The notes beneath the pieces were generated by a model that worked only from the letters and a program-made list of their open reading frames with translations, did not search any database and was not told the origin of the DNA. 64,000 nt of DNA, taken from contig JBASIK010000145.1 in NCBI GenBank assembly GCA_049654745.1, positions 14,122 to 78,121 on the forward strand, in the 5' to 3' direction. Shown piece after piece: positions 27,347 through 37,293 of the stretch (the first letter of the stretch is position 1; every line of letters begins with the position of its first letter). The stretch is from Bacteroidales bacterium (GTDB taxonomy: Bacteria; Bacteroidota; Bacteroidia; Bacteroidales; VadinHA17). Both the position numbers and the translations under genes were made by a program.

Positions 27347-30007
27347 ATGGGAGAACTTTTTGTCGAGAAACCAGAAGTGTCAGAAAAGAAAGATTCAAAA
27401 AAGATGACACAGCCTTCGGCAGGTGAAACTGACGGAAAAAATATTGCAGGTGATTGTGCCGGAGCAGGTGAAGGCAAATTGAATAACCCGAAGGTTATAT
27501 ATTCTCAGGACGAAGTGATGGAAGCAACAATAAAATACTTTAAAGGAGACGAGCTTGCGGCAAGAGTCTGGACTAACAAGTACGCACTTAAGGACTCGTA
27601 CGGAAATCTTTATGAAAAGACTCCGGATGATATGCACCGCAGGATTGCAAGAGAGATTCACAGGATTGAAAAGAAGTATCCCAATCCACTCGATGAAGAA
27701 TTTATATTCAGCTTACTGAAAGATTTTAAATATATTGTCCCTCAGGGTGGTTCAATGACGGGAATAGGTAACGATTTTCAGATAGCATCACTTTCAAACT
27801 GCTTTGTAATAGGGAATGAAGGGCCTGCCGACTCATATGGCGGCATAATGAAAATAGACCAGGAACAGGTTCAGCTGATGAAAAGGAGGGGTGGAGTGGG
27901 GCACGACCTCTCCCACATCCGCCCGAAAGGGATGCCTGTTCTTAACAGCGCCCTTACTTCTACAGGTGTGGTGCCTTTCATGGAAAGATACTCCAATTCT
28001 ACCAGAGAGGTGGCACAGGACGGGAGAAGAGGAGCTCTCATGCTCTCCATCTCAATAAAACATCCCGACTCTACAGGCTTTATTGATGCCAAACTTGAAA
28101 GCGGCAAGGTGACAGGAGCAAATATATCGGTAAAAATTACCGATGAATTTATGCGCGCTGTGGAACAAAAATCAAAATTCAGGCAACAATACCCCATCGA
28201 CTCCGACAAACCTAAATTTATCAGGGATATCGATGCTACGGAGCTGTGGAACAAAATAATTCACAATGCATGGAAATCGGCAGAACCTGGTGTGCTGTTC
28301 TGGGATACTATATTACGGGAAAGCGTACCCGATTGCTATGCCGACCTGGGCTACAGGACAGTTTCAACAAACCCCTGCGGTGAAATACCTCTATGCCCCT
28401 ACGACAGCTGCCGCCTGCTAGCCATAAACCTCTACAGCTATGTGAAAAATCCTTTCACCAAAAAGGCTAAATTCGATTTTGAACTCTTCAAAGAACATGT
28501 AGGACTCGCCCAGCGTATAATGGACGATATCATCGACCTTGAAATAGAAAAAATCGATTCAATACTTGCAAAAATTGATGCTGATCCCGAACCTGAAGAA
28601 TTAAAACTCGTTGAGAAAAATCTCTGGAAAAACATCCGGAAGAAAACAGAAGAGGTCAGAAGAATGGGTATCGGCACAACCGGTGAAGGCGATATGCTTG
28701 CAGCTCTCGGGCTAAGGTACGGAAGCGACGACGCCATTGACTTCTCAGTAGAAGTACACAAAACCCTTGCCCTTGAAGCCTACCGTGCTTCCGTTTACCT
28801 TGCTAAGGAAAGAGGCGCTTTCAAAATCTATGATCCCAATCGCGAGAAAAACAATCCGTTCATTAAACGCCTGAAACAGGCCGACCCTGCTCTTTATGAA
28901 AGCATGGTCAAACATGGAAGAAGAAATATCGCTCTCCTGACCGTGGCACCTACCGGCACTACAAGTCTCATGACACAGACAACATCAGGCATCGAACCAG
29001 TATTTTCACTTTTCTATAAAAGAAGAAGAAAAGTCAACCCGAACGACAAGGATGTAAAGATTACTTTCAGGGATGAAGTAGGCGATTGCTGGGAAGAATA
29101 CCCTGTTCTCCACCATAAATTCGTCGAATGGCTCAAGGTCAACAACTATGATCCTGACGCCGTGATGCAGATGAGTGATCAGGAGATTAATGAAATTATT
29201 GCCCGTTCACCCTATTACAGGTCAACAGCCAGTGATATCGACTGGGTTGCAAAGGTGAAAATGCAGGGCGCAATACAGAAATGGGTCGACCATTCAATAA
29301 GCGTAACCATTAATCTCCCTGCTGATGTAACAGAAGAACTCGTAAGTGAGCTGTATATGACTGCATGGAAATCGGGTTGCAAGGGTGTGACGGTTTACCG
29401 TGAAGGCTCAAGAAACGGAGTACTTGTCAATGCAACAAACAACCAGGTAACTGTGGTGGAAAGGCCCAAAAGACCCAAAGTACTCGATTGCGACGTGATA
29501 AGATTCAAAAACAACGAGGAAGATTGGATTGCTTTCGTAGGACTCAAAGATGGAAGACCTTATGAAATATTTACAGGTATGAGCGATGAAGATACACTGC
29601 TCATTCCTAAAAATATTGTGAAAGGTAAAATTATCAAGGTAAAAGACGAAGACGGAAATACCAGATACGACTTCCAGTATACCGATAAATATGGATATAA
29701 AAATACAATAGGCGGACTTTCCCGGATGTTCAAGCCTGAGTTCTGGAATTACGCAAAACTTATCTCAGGGGTTCTCCGCTACGGCATGCCTATACCGGAT
29801 GTCGTTAATCTTATCCAGTCACTTAAACTGGACAGCGACTCAATCAACAACTGGAAAAACGGTGTTGAAAGAGCCCTGAAGCGGTACATCCCCGATGGTA
29901 CCAGAGCTAAAGGAAAATGCAAGGATTGCGGAAGCGAAACTCTGGTATATCAGGAAGGTTGTTTGATATGCAATAATTGTGGATCCTCAAAATGCGGTGG
30001 ATCCTGA
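27347..30007 (+). CDS. nrdJ: Ribonucleoside-diphosphate/triphosphate reductase, class II (adenosylcobalamin-dependent)
   Basis: 886 aa. TNPCGEIPL (thiyl-radical Cys loop in the NPCGE form typical of class II), VAPTGTTS, ISVTINLP and a C-terminal Cys4 cluster CKDCGS..CLICNNCG. No nrdB-like gene is adjacent. Confidence 0.8.
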   Translation: MGELFVEKPEVSEKKDSKKMTQPSAGETDGKNIAGDCAGAGEGKLNNPKVIYSQDEVMEATIKYFKGDELAARVWTNKYALKDSYGNLYEKTPDDMHRRIAREIHRIEKKYPNPLDEEFIFSLLKDFKYIVPQGGSMTGIGNDFQIASLSNCFVIGNEGPADSYGGIMKIDQEQVQLMKRRGGVGHDLSHIRPKGMPVLNSALTSTGVVPFMERYSNSTREVAQDGRRGALMLSISIKHPDSTGFIDAKLESGKVTGANISVKITDEFMRAVEQKSKFRQQYPIDSDKPKFIRDIDATELWNKIIHNAWKSAEPGVLFWDTILRESVPDCYADLGYRTVSTNPCGEIPLCPYDSCRLLAINLYSYVKNPFTKKAKFDFELFKEHVGLAQRIMDDIIDLEIEKIDSILAKIDADPEPEELKLVEKNLWKNIRKKTEEVRRMGIGTTGEGDMLAALGLRYGSDDAIDFSVEVHKTLALEAYRASVYLAKERGAFKIYDPNREKNNPFIKRLKQADPALYESMVKHGRRNIALLTVAPTGTTSLMTQTTSGIEPVFSLFYKRRRKVNPNDKDVKITFRDEVGDCWEEYPVLHHKFVEWLKVNNYDPDAVMQMSDQEINEIIARSPYYRSTASDIDWVAKVKMQGAIQKWVDHSISVTINLPADVTEELVSELYMTAWKSGCKGVTVYREGSRNGVLVNATNNQVTVVERPKRPKVLDCDVIRFKNNEEDWIAFVGLKDGRPYEIFTGMSDEDTLLIPKNIVKGKIIKVKDEDGNTRYDFQYTDKYGYKNTIGGLSRMFKPEFWNYAKLISGVLRYGMPIPDVVNLIQSLKLDSDSINNWKNGVERALKRYIPDGTRAKGKCKDCGSETLVYQEGCLICNNCGSSKCGGS

Positions 30008-30018
30008 TTCAAGATATT

Positions 30019-31212
30019 TCAACTCTTAATTAATCCAAATTCCTTTCCGGTGCTTATAAAAGCTTCAATGGCTTTATCTAGCTGTTCTTTTGTGTGAGCG
30101 GCAGAGAGTTGTACTCTTATCCTTGCCTGACCTTTAGGCACTACCGGATAATAGAAACCAATGACATAAATACCCTTTTCAAGTAGCCTTGCTGCAAAAT
30201 CCTGTGAGAGTTTTGCATCATATAACATAACGGCGCATATAGCCGACTGGGTTGGCTTTATTGTGAAACCTGCCTCTTTCATCTTGCCGATGAAATATTC
30301 TGCATTTGCATGCAACCTGTCCTGCAGTTCGTTTGTTGCCGACATCATCTCAAACATCTTTATTCCTGCTGCGGCAACCAGAGGAGGAATGGAATTAGAG
30401 AACAGATATGGCCTTGACCTCTGCCTTAGCATCTCAATAATCTCTTTTCTGCCTGTTGTAAAGCCACCTATTGCCCCTCCGAAAGCCTTTCCCAGAGTTC
30501 CAGTTATTATCTCAACCTTGCCCATAAGGTTGAACAACTCTGTAACTCCCCTTCCCGTCCTGCCAACCACACCGGCAGAATGCGATTCATCAACCATCAC
30601 CAGAGCATCATATTTCTCAGCCAGTTCAACAATACGGTCAAGAGGTGCAACATTACCATCCATCGAAAACACACCGTCAGTCACAATAATTCTGAACCTC
30701 TGTGCCTGTGCCAGTTTCAGCTGTGCCTCCAGATCCTCCATGTTTGCGTTTTCATAACGGTAGCGCTGCGCTTTGCATAGCCTTACACCATCAATAATCG
30801 AAGCATGATTCAATGCATCTGATATGATAGCATCCTCTTCAGTTAGCAGAGGCTCAAAAACACCACCATTTGCATCAAAACATGCCGCATAAAGTATGGT
30901 ATCCTCGGTTCCGAAAAACTCAGCAATCTTCTTTTCAAGCTTCTTGTGAAGGTCAGTGGTTCCACATATAAATCTGACCGACGACATACCATAACCGTGT
31001 GTTTTCATCGCCTCTTTTGCAGCTTCTACAAGCTCAGAACTGTTCGACATGCCCAGATAATTGTTAGCACAAAAATTAAGAACCTTCTGACCTGTATCAA
31101 GAGTTATTTCCGGTCCCTGCGGCGACACACTTATTCTCTCATTTTTGTAAAGGCCTGCCTCCTTAATCTCTTTGATCTGATTTTCAAGATGTTTTTTAAA
31201 TGACTGATACAT
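30019..31212 (-). CDS. kbl: Glycine C-acetyltransferase (2-amino-3-ketobutyrate CoA ligase)
   Basis: 397 aa. NNYLG, DESHS and GTLGKAFGG (PLP Lys). Lies downstream of tdh. Confidence 0.9.
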   Translation of the reverse strand: MYQSFKKHLENQIKEIKEAGLYKNERISVSPQGPEITLDTGQKVLNFCANNYLGMSNSSELVEAAKEAMKTHGYGMSSVRFICGTTDLHKKLEKKIAEFFGTEDTILYAACFDANGGVFEPLLTEEDAIISDALNHASIIDGVRLCKAQRYRYENANMEDLEAQLKLAQAQRFRIIVTDGVFSMDGNVAPLDRIVELAEKYDALVMVDESHSAGVVGRTGRGVTELFNLMGKVEIITGTLGKAFGGAIGGFTTGRKEIIEMLRQRSRPYLFSNSIPPLVAAAGIKMFEMMSATNELQDRLHANAEYFIGKMKEAGFTIKPTQSAICAVMLYDAKLSQDFAARLLEKGIYVIGFYYPVVPKGQARIRVQLSAAHTKEQLDKAIEAFISTGKEFGLIKS

Positions 31213-31267
31213 ATTTTTTTAATTTAAAATTAATTCAACTAATAAACCAAACTTCAACCATTCTTAA

Positions 31268-31483
31268 TCCGCCAACCAGCTAACCAACCAACCAGCTAAT
31301 CCGTAAACCACCTAACCATCCAACCAGTTAACCCCTAAACCAGTTAACCAGCTAACCAACCAACCAGCTAACCCCTAAACCAGCTAACCCGTAAACCAGC
31401 CAACCAGCCAACCAGTTAACCAACTAACCAGCTAACCCGTAAACCAGCCAACCCGTAAACCAGCCAACCAGCTAACCCGTAAA
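31268..31483. repeat. Tandem array of 27 indel-free 8-bp units, consensus CCAGCTAA
   Basis: Read unit by unit: tccgccaa ccagctaa ccaaccaa ccagctaa tccgtaaa ccacctaa ccatccaa ccagttaa cccctaaa ccagttaa ccagctaa ccaaccaa ccagctaa cccctaaa ccagctaa cccgtaaa ccagccaa ccagccaa ccagttaa ccaactaa ccagctaa cccgtaaa ccagccaa cccgtaaa ccagccaa ccagctaa cccgtaaa. Every unit has C at position 2 and ends in AA. Confidence 0.95.
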
Positions 31484-31486
31484 CCC

Positions 31487-32521
31487 TCAATCCCAGTCCA
31501 GTATCACCTTTCCGCAATTACCTTCTTCCATAATCTCAAAAGCCTTTTGAAAATCATCAACATGAAAACGGTGAGTGATTACCGGATTAAGATCTATACC
31601 ACCTATTATCATCATCTCCATTTTGTACCATGTCTCCCACATCTCTCTTCCGTATATTCCTTTGATAGTTATTGCCTTGAAGATAATATCACTCCAGGGT
31701 ATCTCGCATACCTGTGGCAGAATTCCAAGCAGGGCAATGCTTGACCCATTATACATGTTTTGAATCATTTCGCGGAAAGCAGCAGGAGAACCCGACATTT
31801 CCAATCCTACATCAAAACCTCTCATTCCCAGTTTCTTAACTGCATCAGAAATCTTTTCACCCTTTGAAGGATTAACCGTGAGTGTAGCACCCATCTTTTT
31901 CGCGATTTCCAGACGGTAATCGCTCAGATCGCTTGCAACAATAAACCGTGCGCCTGCATAACGCGCTATAGCAATTGCCATACTGCCTATCAATCCTGCT
32001 CCCGTAACAAGGACATCCTCGCCCAGAAGCGGAAAAGAGAGAGCTGTATGGGTTGCGTTGCCAAAGGGATCCATTATAGCTGCCCAGTCATCAGGTATTC
32101 TTTTGTCGAGGGGTACAATGTTCGAAGCGGGAATTTTAACATATTCAGCAAATGCTCCGTCAATATTTACTCCCACTCCAACCGTGTTCTCACATACATG
32201 TTCTTTACCTCTACGGCAGTTGCGGCAATGGCCGCATGCAATATGCCCCTCTCCGGTTACCCTGTCCCCCTCCTTTAAATTTATCACGCCTGCCCCCATC
32301 TTTTCTATATAACCCATATATTCATGACCGATAATCATAGGTGTTTTTATGGTTCTCTGTGCCCAGTCGTCCCAGCGATAAATATGAAGGTCGGTACCGC
32401 ATATCGCTGTCTTCTTCACCTTAATGATTACATCGTTCAGGCCGGGTTCCGGAACGGGCACCTCTTCCATCCATATTCCCCTTTCGGGTTTTGACTTTAC
32501 GAGTGCTTTCATCGTCTTCAT
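31487..32521 (-). CDS. tdh: L-threonine 3-dehydrogenase
   Basis: Zn-dependent MDR fold. GHEYMGYIE, structural-Zn [15 protein letters not shown] and GAGLIGSMA. Paired with kbl. Confidence 0.9.
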   Translation of the reverse strand: MKTMKALVKSKPERGIWMEEVPVPEPGLNDVIIKVKKTAICGTDLHIYRWDDWAQRTIKTPMIIGHEYMGYIEKMGAGVINLKEGDRVTGEGHIACGHCRNCRRGKEHVCENTVGVGVNIDGAFAEYVKIPASNIVPLDKRIPDDWAAIMDPFGNATHTALSFPLLGEDVLVTGAGLIGSMAIAIARYAGARFIVASDLSDYRLEIAKKMGATLTVNPSKGEKISDAVKKLGMRGFDVGLEMSGSPAAFREMIQNMYNGSSIALLGILPQVCEIPWSDIIFKAITIKGIYGREMWETWYKMEMMIIGGIDLNPVITHRFHVDDFQKAFEIMEEGNCGKVILDWD

Positions 32522-32665
32522 ACGGAAATAAATTTAATTTGAAAAACAGGGCGTTATTCTACGGCTAAATTAAAATAATTCCGGTGCTATTATGATGATT
32601 TTTGTTATTATGTTAAATGTTAACAGCTTTAAGTATCTTTACGCCGGCAAAATCGCAAAGTTATT

Positions 32666-34174
32666 ATGGTAAGAGTCAGATTCGCACCAAGTCCCACCGG
32701 ACCGCTTCATATTGGCGGGGTAAGAACAGCCCTCTATAATTATCTCTTTGCCCGCAAACATAACGGAACTTTTATTCTCCGCATTGAAGACACCGACCAA
32801 ACACGTTATGTGGAGGGAGCTGAGGAATATATTTTCGAATCACTCGACTGGTGCGGGATTAAAGTGGATGAGGGAGTGAGGGAAGGCGGTCCGTATGGCC
32901 CCTACAGGCAAAGCGACAGAAAAAATATATACCGCCAGTATGCTGAATTTCTTATTAATAAAGGTCATGCATATTATGCCTTCGATACTCCCGAAGAACT
33001 AGAAATGCTGCGTAAAAAATACGAGTCTCAGAAAAAAACATTTCTTTATAACGCCGAAGTAAGAAACGAACTAAAAAATTCACTTTCACTACCTGAACAG
33101 CAGTGGAAAGAAATGATAAACAGCGGCATTCCTTATGTGATAAGATACAGGATGCCGGTGAATGAAGAAATTTCTTTTTATGATCTGATAAGAGGGCACA
33201 TAACGGTAAACTCATCAACACTCGACGATAAAGTGCTCTTCAAATCAGACGGGATGCCCACATACCATCTGGCCAATATTGTAGACGACCACCTGATGAA
33301 AATTACCCATGTAATCCGCGGCGAGGAGTGGCTGCCTTCCCTCCCCCTGCATGTGATGCTCTACCGCTCATTCGAATGGGAAGCTCCATTATTTGCGCAC
33401 CTTCCGCTTATCCTTAAACCCGACGGAAAAGGCAAACTCAGCAAACGTGACGGTGATAAAATGGGCTTTCCTGTTTTCCCTCTGTACTGGCCTTACGGTG
33501 AAACCGCAAGGGGATACAGAGAAGACGGCTATTATCCCGAAGCATTCGTAAACATGCTTGCTCTGCTCGGCTGGAACCCCGGGACAGAACAGGAGATCTT
33601 CAGCATGGAAGAACTGATTAAGGAATTTTCACTGGAGAGAATACATAAAGCCGGCTCACGCTTCGACCCTGTAAAAGCAAGATGGTTCAATCATGTCTGG
33701 CTCCAGAAACGCTCAAATAACCAGCTGGCACATGAATTCAGTGAAATAATCAAAGGAAAGGGTTACAGTTGCGATATCGCCAGACTGGAAACACTTGTTG
33801 GACTAATAAAAGAACGGGTAGATTTTGTAAAGGATATGTGGGATGAAGCATATTTTTTCTTCAGCCCGCCAGAATCGTACGATAGCGACGCCCTACGAAA
33901 AAAATGGAACGAAGAGTCACCTCTCCTCCTTGCAGAAGTATCAAATTTATTAAGGAAAATAGAAGATTTTACCCCTGTAAACCTTGAAAAAAACGTCAGG
34001 GAATGGATAGAAAAGAAAGGATGCAACAGTGGTACCATAATGCATGCCCTTAGAATTGCAGTTGTGGGTAAACTTAAAGGACCCGGAATATTCGACATCA
34101 TTAGCTGGCTAGGAAAAGACGAAACACTTAACAGAATAGAAAAAGCTCTTGCAACAATCGTTCAACAGCCATGA
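32666..34174 (+). CDS. gltX: Glutamate--tRNA ligase
   Basis: RFAPSPTGPLHIGGVRTAL (HIGH motif) and KLSKR (KMSKS motif). 502 aa. Confidence 0.95.
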   Translation: MVRVRFAPSPTGPLHIGGVRTALYNYLFARKHNGTFILRIEDTDQTRYVEGAEEYIFESLDWCGIKVDEGVREGGPYGPYRQSDRKNIYRQYAEFLINKGHAYYAFDTPEELEMLRKKYESQKKTFLYNAEVRNELKNSLSLPEQQWKEMINSGIPYVIRYRMPVNEEISFYDLIRGHITVNSSTLDDKVLFKSDGMPTYHLANIVDDHLMKITHVIRGEEWLPSLPLHVMLYRSFEWEAPLFAHLPLILKPDGKGKLSKRDGDKMGFPVFPLYWPYGETARGYREDGYYPEAFVNMLALLGWNPGTEQEIFSMEELIKEFSLERIHKAGSRFDPVKARWFNHVWLQKRSNNQLAHEFSEIIKGKGYSCDIARLETLVGLIKERVDFVKDMWDEAYFFFSPPESYDSDALRKKWNEESPLLLAEVSNLLRKIEDFTPVNLEKNVREWIEKKGCNSGTIMHALRIAVVGKLKGPGIFDIISWLGKDETLNRIEKALATIVQQP

Positions 34175-34848
34175 ACCTTCCTCTTGCCGACGATTTCATC
34201 GACATCCACAACCACGGAGCTTCATCTGCGACAGGTATCTTCTCCGTAGAGAATATTACTGCCGATGAAGAAAGAGTTCCAGACGATTCACACGGCCTTG
34301 CATATACCATCGGAATACATCCCTGGCATGTGACCGTAAAAAACTACAACGAGCAGCTGAAAAAGGTCATTCTGTATTCCCGCCATTCCAATGTAATTGC
34401 TTTAGGAGAAGCAGGATTCGACCGCCTGAGAGGACCTGAAATTAATTTTCAGAAAGAAATCTTTGAAAAACAGGTTATTATTTCTGAAGAGGTAAAAAAA
34501 CCTCTATATATACATTGTGTAAAGGCCTGGGAAGAACTTCTCTCGGCTCATAAAATGTTTAAACCCCGTATGCCATGGCTTGTACACGGTTTCAGAGGCA
34601 AGCATGAACTGGCAATGCAGTTAATCGCCAGAGGAATGTACATTTCCTTCTGGTTCGATTTTGTTATGAGACCTGAATCAACTCAACTTCTTAAGTCCCT
34701 CCCCTTTAACAGAATTTTTCTTGAAACCGACGGAGGGGATACAAAAATCAGCACTATTTATGAAAAAGTTGCAACAGACCTTGGTCTGAATGTTGATCAA
34801 CTAAAAAGTCAGTTATATTCAAATTTTAGAACTTTTTTCGGAGTCTGA
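34171..34848 (+). CDS. TatD family metal-dependent hydrolase
   Basis: IDIHNH at the N-terminus, GEAGFD, LYIHCV and FLETD. The start overlaps the gltX stop (ATGA). Confidence 0.75.
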   Translation: MNLPLADDFIDIHNHGASSATGIFSVENITADEERVPDDSHGLAYTIGIHPWHVTVKNYNEQLKKVILYSRHSNVIALGEAGFDRLRGPEINFQKEIFEKQVIISEEVKKPLYIHCVKAWEELLSAHKMFKPRMPWLVHGFRGKHELAMQLIARGMYISFWFDFVMRPESTQLLKSLPFNRIFLETDGGDTKISTIYEKVATDLGLNVDQLKSQLYSNFRTFFGV

Positions 34849-35588
34849 TGGAAGAATGGCTTTCAAGAACCGAACTCTGCCTTGGAAAAGAAAGGCTTGA
34901 AAAGATAAAATCGTCAAATATTCTGGTGGTTGGACTCGGTGGTGTTGGAGCTATTGCAGCCGAGATGCTTTGCCGTTCAGGAATAGGAAGAATGACGATC
35001 GCTGACGGTGACATAATCCTGCCCTCCAACCGCAACAGACAAATTCACGCACTCATCAGCACCGAAAGGCAACCCAAGGCGCTTGTGATGGAAAAACGTC
35101 TTAGAGACATTAATCCCGAATTACAGCTTACAGTTATAAACGAATTTATCAGGGATGAGAGAATGATCGAAATACTTGAAGAACCATTTGATTATGTGGT
35201 AGATGCTATTGACACTCTCTCACCCAAGGTTTTCCTTATATATCACAGTCTAAGAAGGAATTACCGTGTTATAAGCTCCATGGGTTCCGGAGGCAAATTC
35301 GATCCTCTGCTTATAAAGGTCAGTGATATATCAGAAACTTCCTTCTGCCATCTTGCAAGAATGATACGAAAGAAACTTCACAAGCTGGGAATAAGAGAAG
35401 GATTCAAGGCAGTATGGTCACCCGAAATTGTTGAAAAATCCAGAATAATCAGAACAGAGGGAGAAAGAAACAAAGCATCGGTTGCAGGAACAGTACCATG
35501 GATGCCGGCAGCCTTCGGAATAGTTATTGCTTCTGTAGTTATAAGAGACCTGGCAGGAATAGAAATTAACGCGTCAGAGATCCAGTAA
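34848..35588 (+). CDS. tcdA: tRNA threonylcarbamoyladenosine dehydratase (ThiF/E1-like)
   Basis: VVGLGGVGAIAAEMLCRSGIGRMTIADGDIILPSNRNRQ and VVDAIDT, at a TcdA-like length (246 aa). Confidence 0.75.
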   Translation: MEEWLSRTELCLGKERLEKIKSSNILVVGLGGVGAIAAEMLCRSGIGRMTIADGDIILPSNRNRQIHALISTERQPKALVMEKRLRDINPELQLTVINEFIRDERMIEILEEPFDYVVDAIDTLSPKVFLIYHSLRRNYRVISSMGSGGKFDPLLIKVSDISETSFCHLARMIRKKLHKLGIREGFKAVWSPEIVEKSRIIRTEGERNKASVAGTVPWMPAAFGIVIASVVIRDLAGIEINASEIQ

Positions 35589-35596
35589 CAATTGCA

Positions 35597-36586
35597 TCAT
35601 TCAGCCATCAGATTGCAGCCTCTTGTTTCACTGTGGTCATACCTCCCCAATACTTCAAATGCTCCATCACTCTGGAGCCTTCCAATGTCGCCTGTTGCTA
35701 TAAAAGAACACGAATTTATGTTTGCAAGGTCAATAACATTTATAGCACCCGCTTTACCCGGAGCTGCAGATACCGAAAGAGGATCGTTCAACTCCCTCAC
35801 AAGTATCTTCATCCATGGAGGAGAACTGAATTTGCCTTTGCCCTGTGACCATGCCTGACTCAGAAGCTCTGTCATACCATATTCCGAATGAATAGCAGGA
35901 ACATTGAAACTCTCGATGAGTATATTGTGAAGCTCTTCCCTTGTTATTTCTTTTCTTCTGCCTTTCATCCCTCCTGTCTCTACTATTATTATACCACTCA
36001 AGTCGGAAAAAAATTTTTCAGCAAGATCCAGCAGTGCAAAACTTACTCCAATGAGCATGACTTTTTTGCCCTCTCCTGCCGCAAGTTTAAGTGTGTCTAT
36101 CAGCTTCCATGAACCTCTTTCAAAAAATCTGCTTCTTTCATCAGCACCTGAATCAATAAGTTTATTTACCATGTAAATCAGGGAACTGTTTGGCCGTTCA
36201 AGATATGAGGGTAAAAGAGCTGCAAAAAGATAATCCCTGGGGTCGCCGTAAAAAAACTTGAAGCCTCTCAAAAGGCTCTCATCATAAAGACTGGGGTCGG
36301 TGATATAATGTCGGCTCTTTATCGTTCCTGTGGTACCGGTGCTTTCAAAAACCATTACCGCCTCTCTGCTTCCAGTAATTACAGTATGATTTCTGAAAAA
36401 CTCAACCGGCAAAAAAGGTATCTCTTCGATTCGTTGTACTCCATTAATTTCAATGCCAAGCCTTTCTGTAAATTGTCTGTAAACCGGATTGTGCTGTACC
36501 TGATAATGAAAAACTTCAATGGCAATATCTTCAAATTCTTCAGGGTGTTTGATATTAAAAATCCTATCTCTATACCCCGTATTCAT
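35597..36586 (-). CDS. LuxE/PaaK-like acyl-adenylate-forming protein (acyl-protein synthetase family)
   Basis: ESTGTTG (P-loop-like AMP-binding motif), YGMTE and GDIG. I prefer the ATG at 36586, which forms an ATGA overlap with the upstream lipoprotein stop, over the track start at 36628. Confidence 0.55.
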   Translation of the reverse strand: MNTGYRDRIFNIKHPEEFEDIAIEVFHYQVQHNPVYRQFTERLGIEINGVQRIEEIPFLPVEFFRNHTVITGSREAVMVFESTGTTGTIKSRHYITDPSLYDESLLRGFKFFYGDPRDYLFAALLPSYLERPNSSLIYMVNKLIDSGADERSRFFERGSWKLIDTLKLAAGEGKKVMLIGVSFALLDLAEKFFSDLSGIIIVETGGMKGRRKEITREELHNILIESFNVPAIHSEYGMTELLSQAWSQGKGKFSSPPWMKILVRELNDPLSVSAAPGKAGAINVIDLANINSCSFIATGDIGRLQSDGAFEVLGRYDHSETRGCNLMAE

Positions 36587-37128
36587 CTCGGAGGGAAAGT
36601 TTTTGTGCCATCGGGCTGAAATACCCATTCAAAGGTACATTCCGCATATGGATACTTCATATCTGGCCTTATTTCCAGAATGGTGCTTATTATCCTGAGC
36701 TTGGCATATCTTGAGTCACTTGTCCTGTATATCCAGATCTGATTAATCCTTACAGAGTCACCAATATCTGTCCACACGGGTTCAGTAAACTCTGTAAGTG
36801 CGGTAAATGCATCTTCCGCTGATTTCGTGTCATTATACTGTCCGTATCTGTAGAATGAATTTTTGAAATTATTGGTTATAAAAATTATTTTCAGTGGATT
36901 TAAATAAACATCATAAGCCGACGATACTGATATAATATCACGCTGGTTATTAAGGTCAAAAACCTTTTTCCCGGTTGGAACATGAAAGCCTTCGATAATA
37001 TAGGTAGGTGATTTTTCGACTATCTTGTTGTTTATGGTCATAATACCAGAATATACAGGCTTATCTTCCTTCCTGCATCCTGTCAAAAGTACTGCTACCG
37101 CCACTAAAAACAGAAACAGAGGCCTCAT
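36583..37128 (-). CDS. Hypothetical lipoprotein
   Basis: MRPLFLFLVAVAVLLTGC lipobox. No recognisable domain. Confidence 0.6.
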   Translation of the reverse strand: MRPLFLFLVAVAVLLTGCRKEDKPVYSGIMTINNKIVEKSPTYIIEGFHVPTGKKVFDLNNQRDIISVSSAYDVYLNPLKIIFITNNFKNSFYRYGQYNDTKSAEDAFTALTEFTEPVWTDIGDSVRINQIWIYRTSDSRYAKLRIISTILEIRPDMKYPYAECTFEWVFQPDGTKTFPPR

Positions 37129-37247
37129 CTCTTTAAATTTTCACATTATCTTATATTGCAGGAACAAATTTTATGCCTCTAAGATACTCCGGTAAAAAGA
37201 GTTTATATCTTTGCTAATCAAAATATTACGAAGCACAAAAATTATAT

Positions 37248-37285
37248 GGTTCCTGAGACTGCTTTTATGCCCAGCCTCAGGAACC
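37248..37285 (-). terminator. Hairpin terminator downstream of pgk
   Basis: 10-bp inverted repeat ggttcctgag / ctcaggaacc, 9 nt after the pgk stop on the minus strand, followed by an A/T-rich tract. Confidence 0.5.
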
Positions 37286-37293
37286 GCAAATAT

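Noticed and set aside
31268-31483. Octamer array as a CRISPR array or as a repetitive-peptide coding region
   Set aside because: The units are contiguous 8-mers with no spacers and no cas genes are nearby. A period of 8 is not divisible by 3, and stop codons appear in all six frames.
35597-36628. Track start at 36628 for the LuxE-like gene
   Set aside because: It would overlap the upstream lipoprotein gene by 46 nt. The internal ATG at 36586 gives an ATGA junction and an N-terminus (MNTGYRDRIF..) that looks more native. This is not proven.
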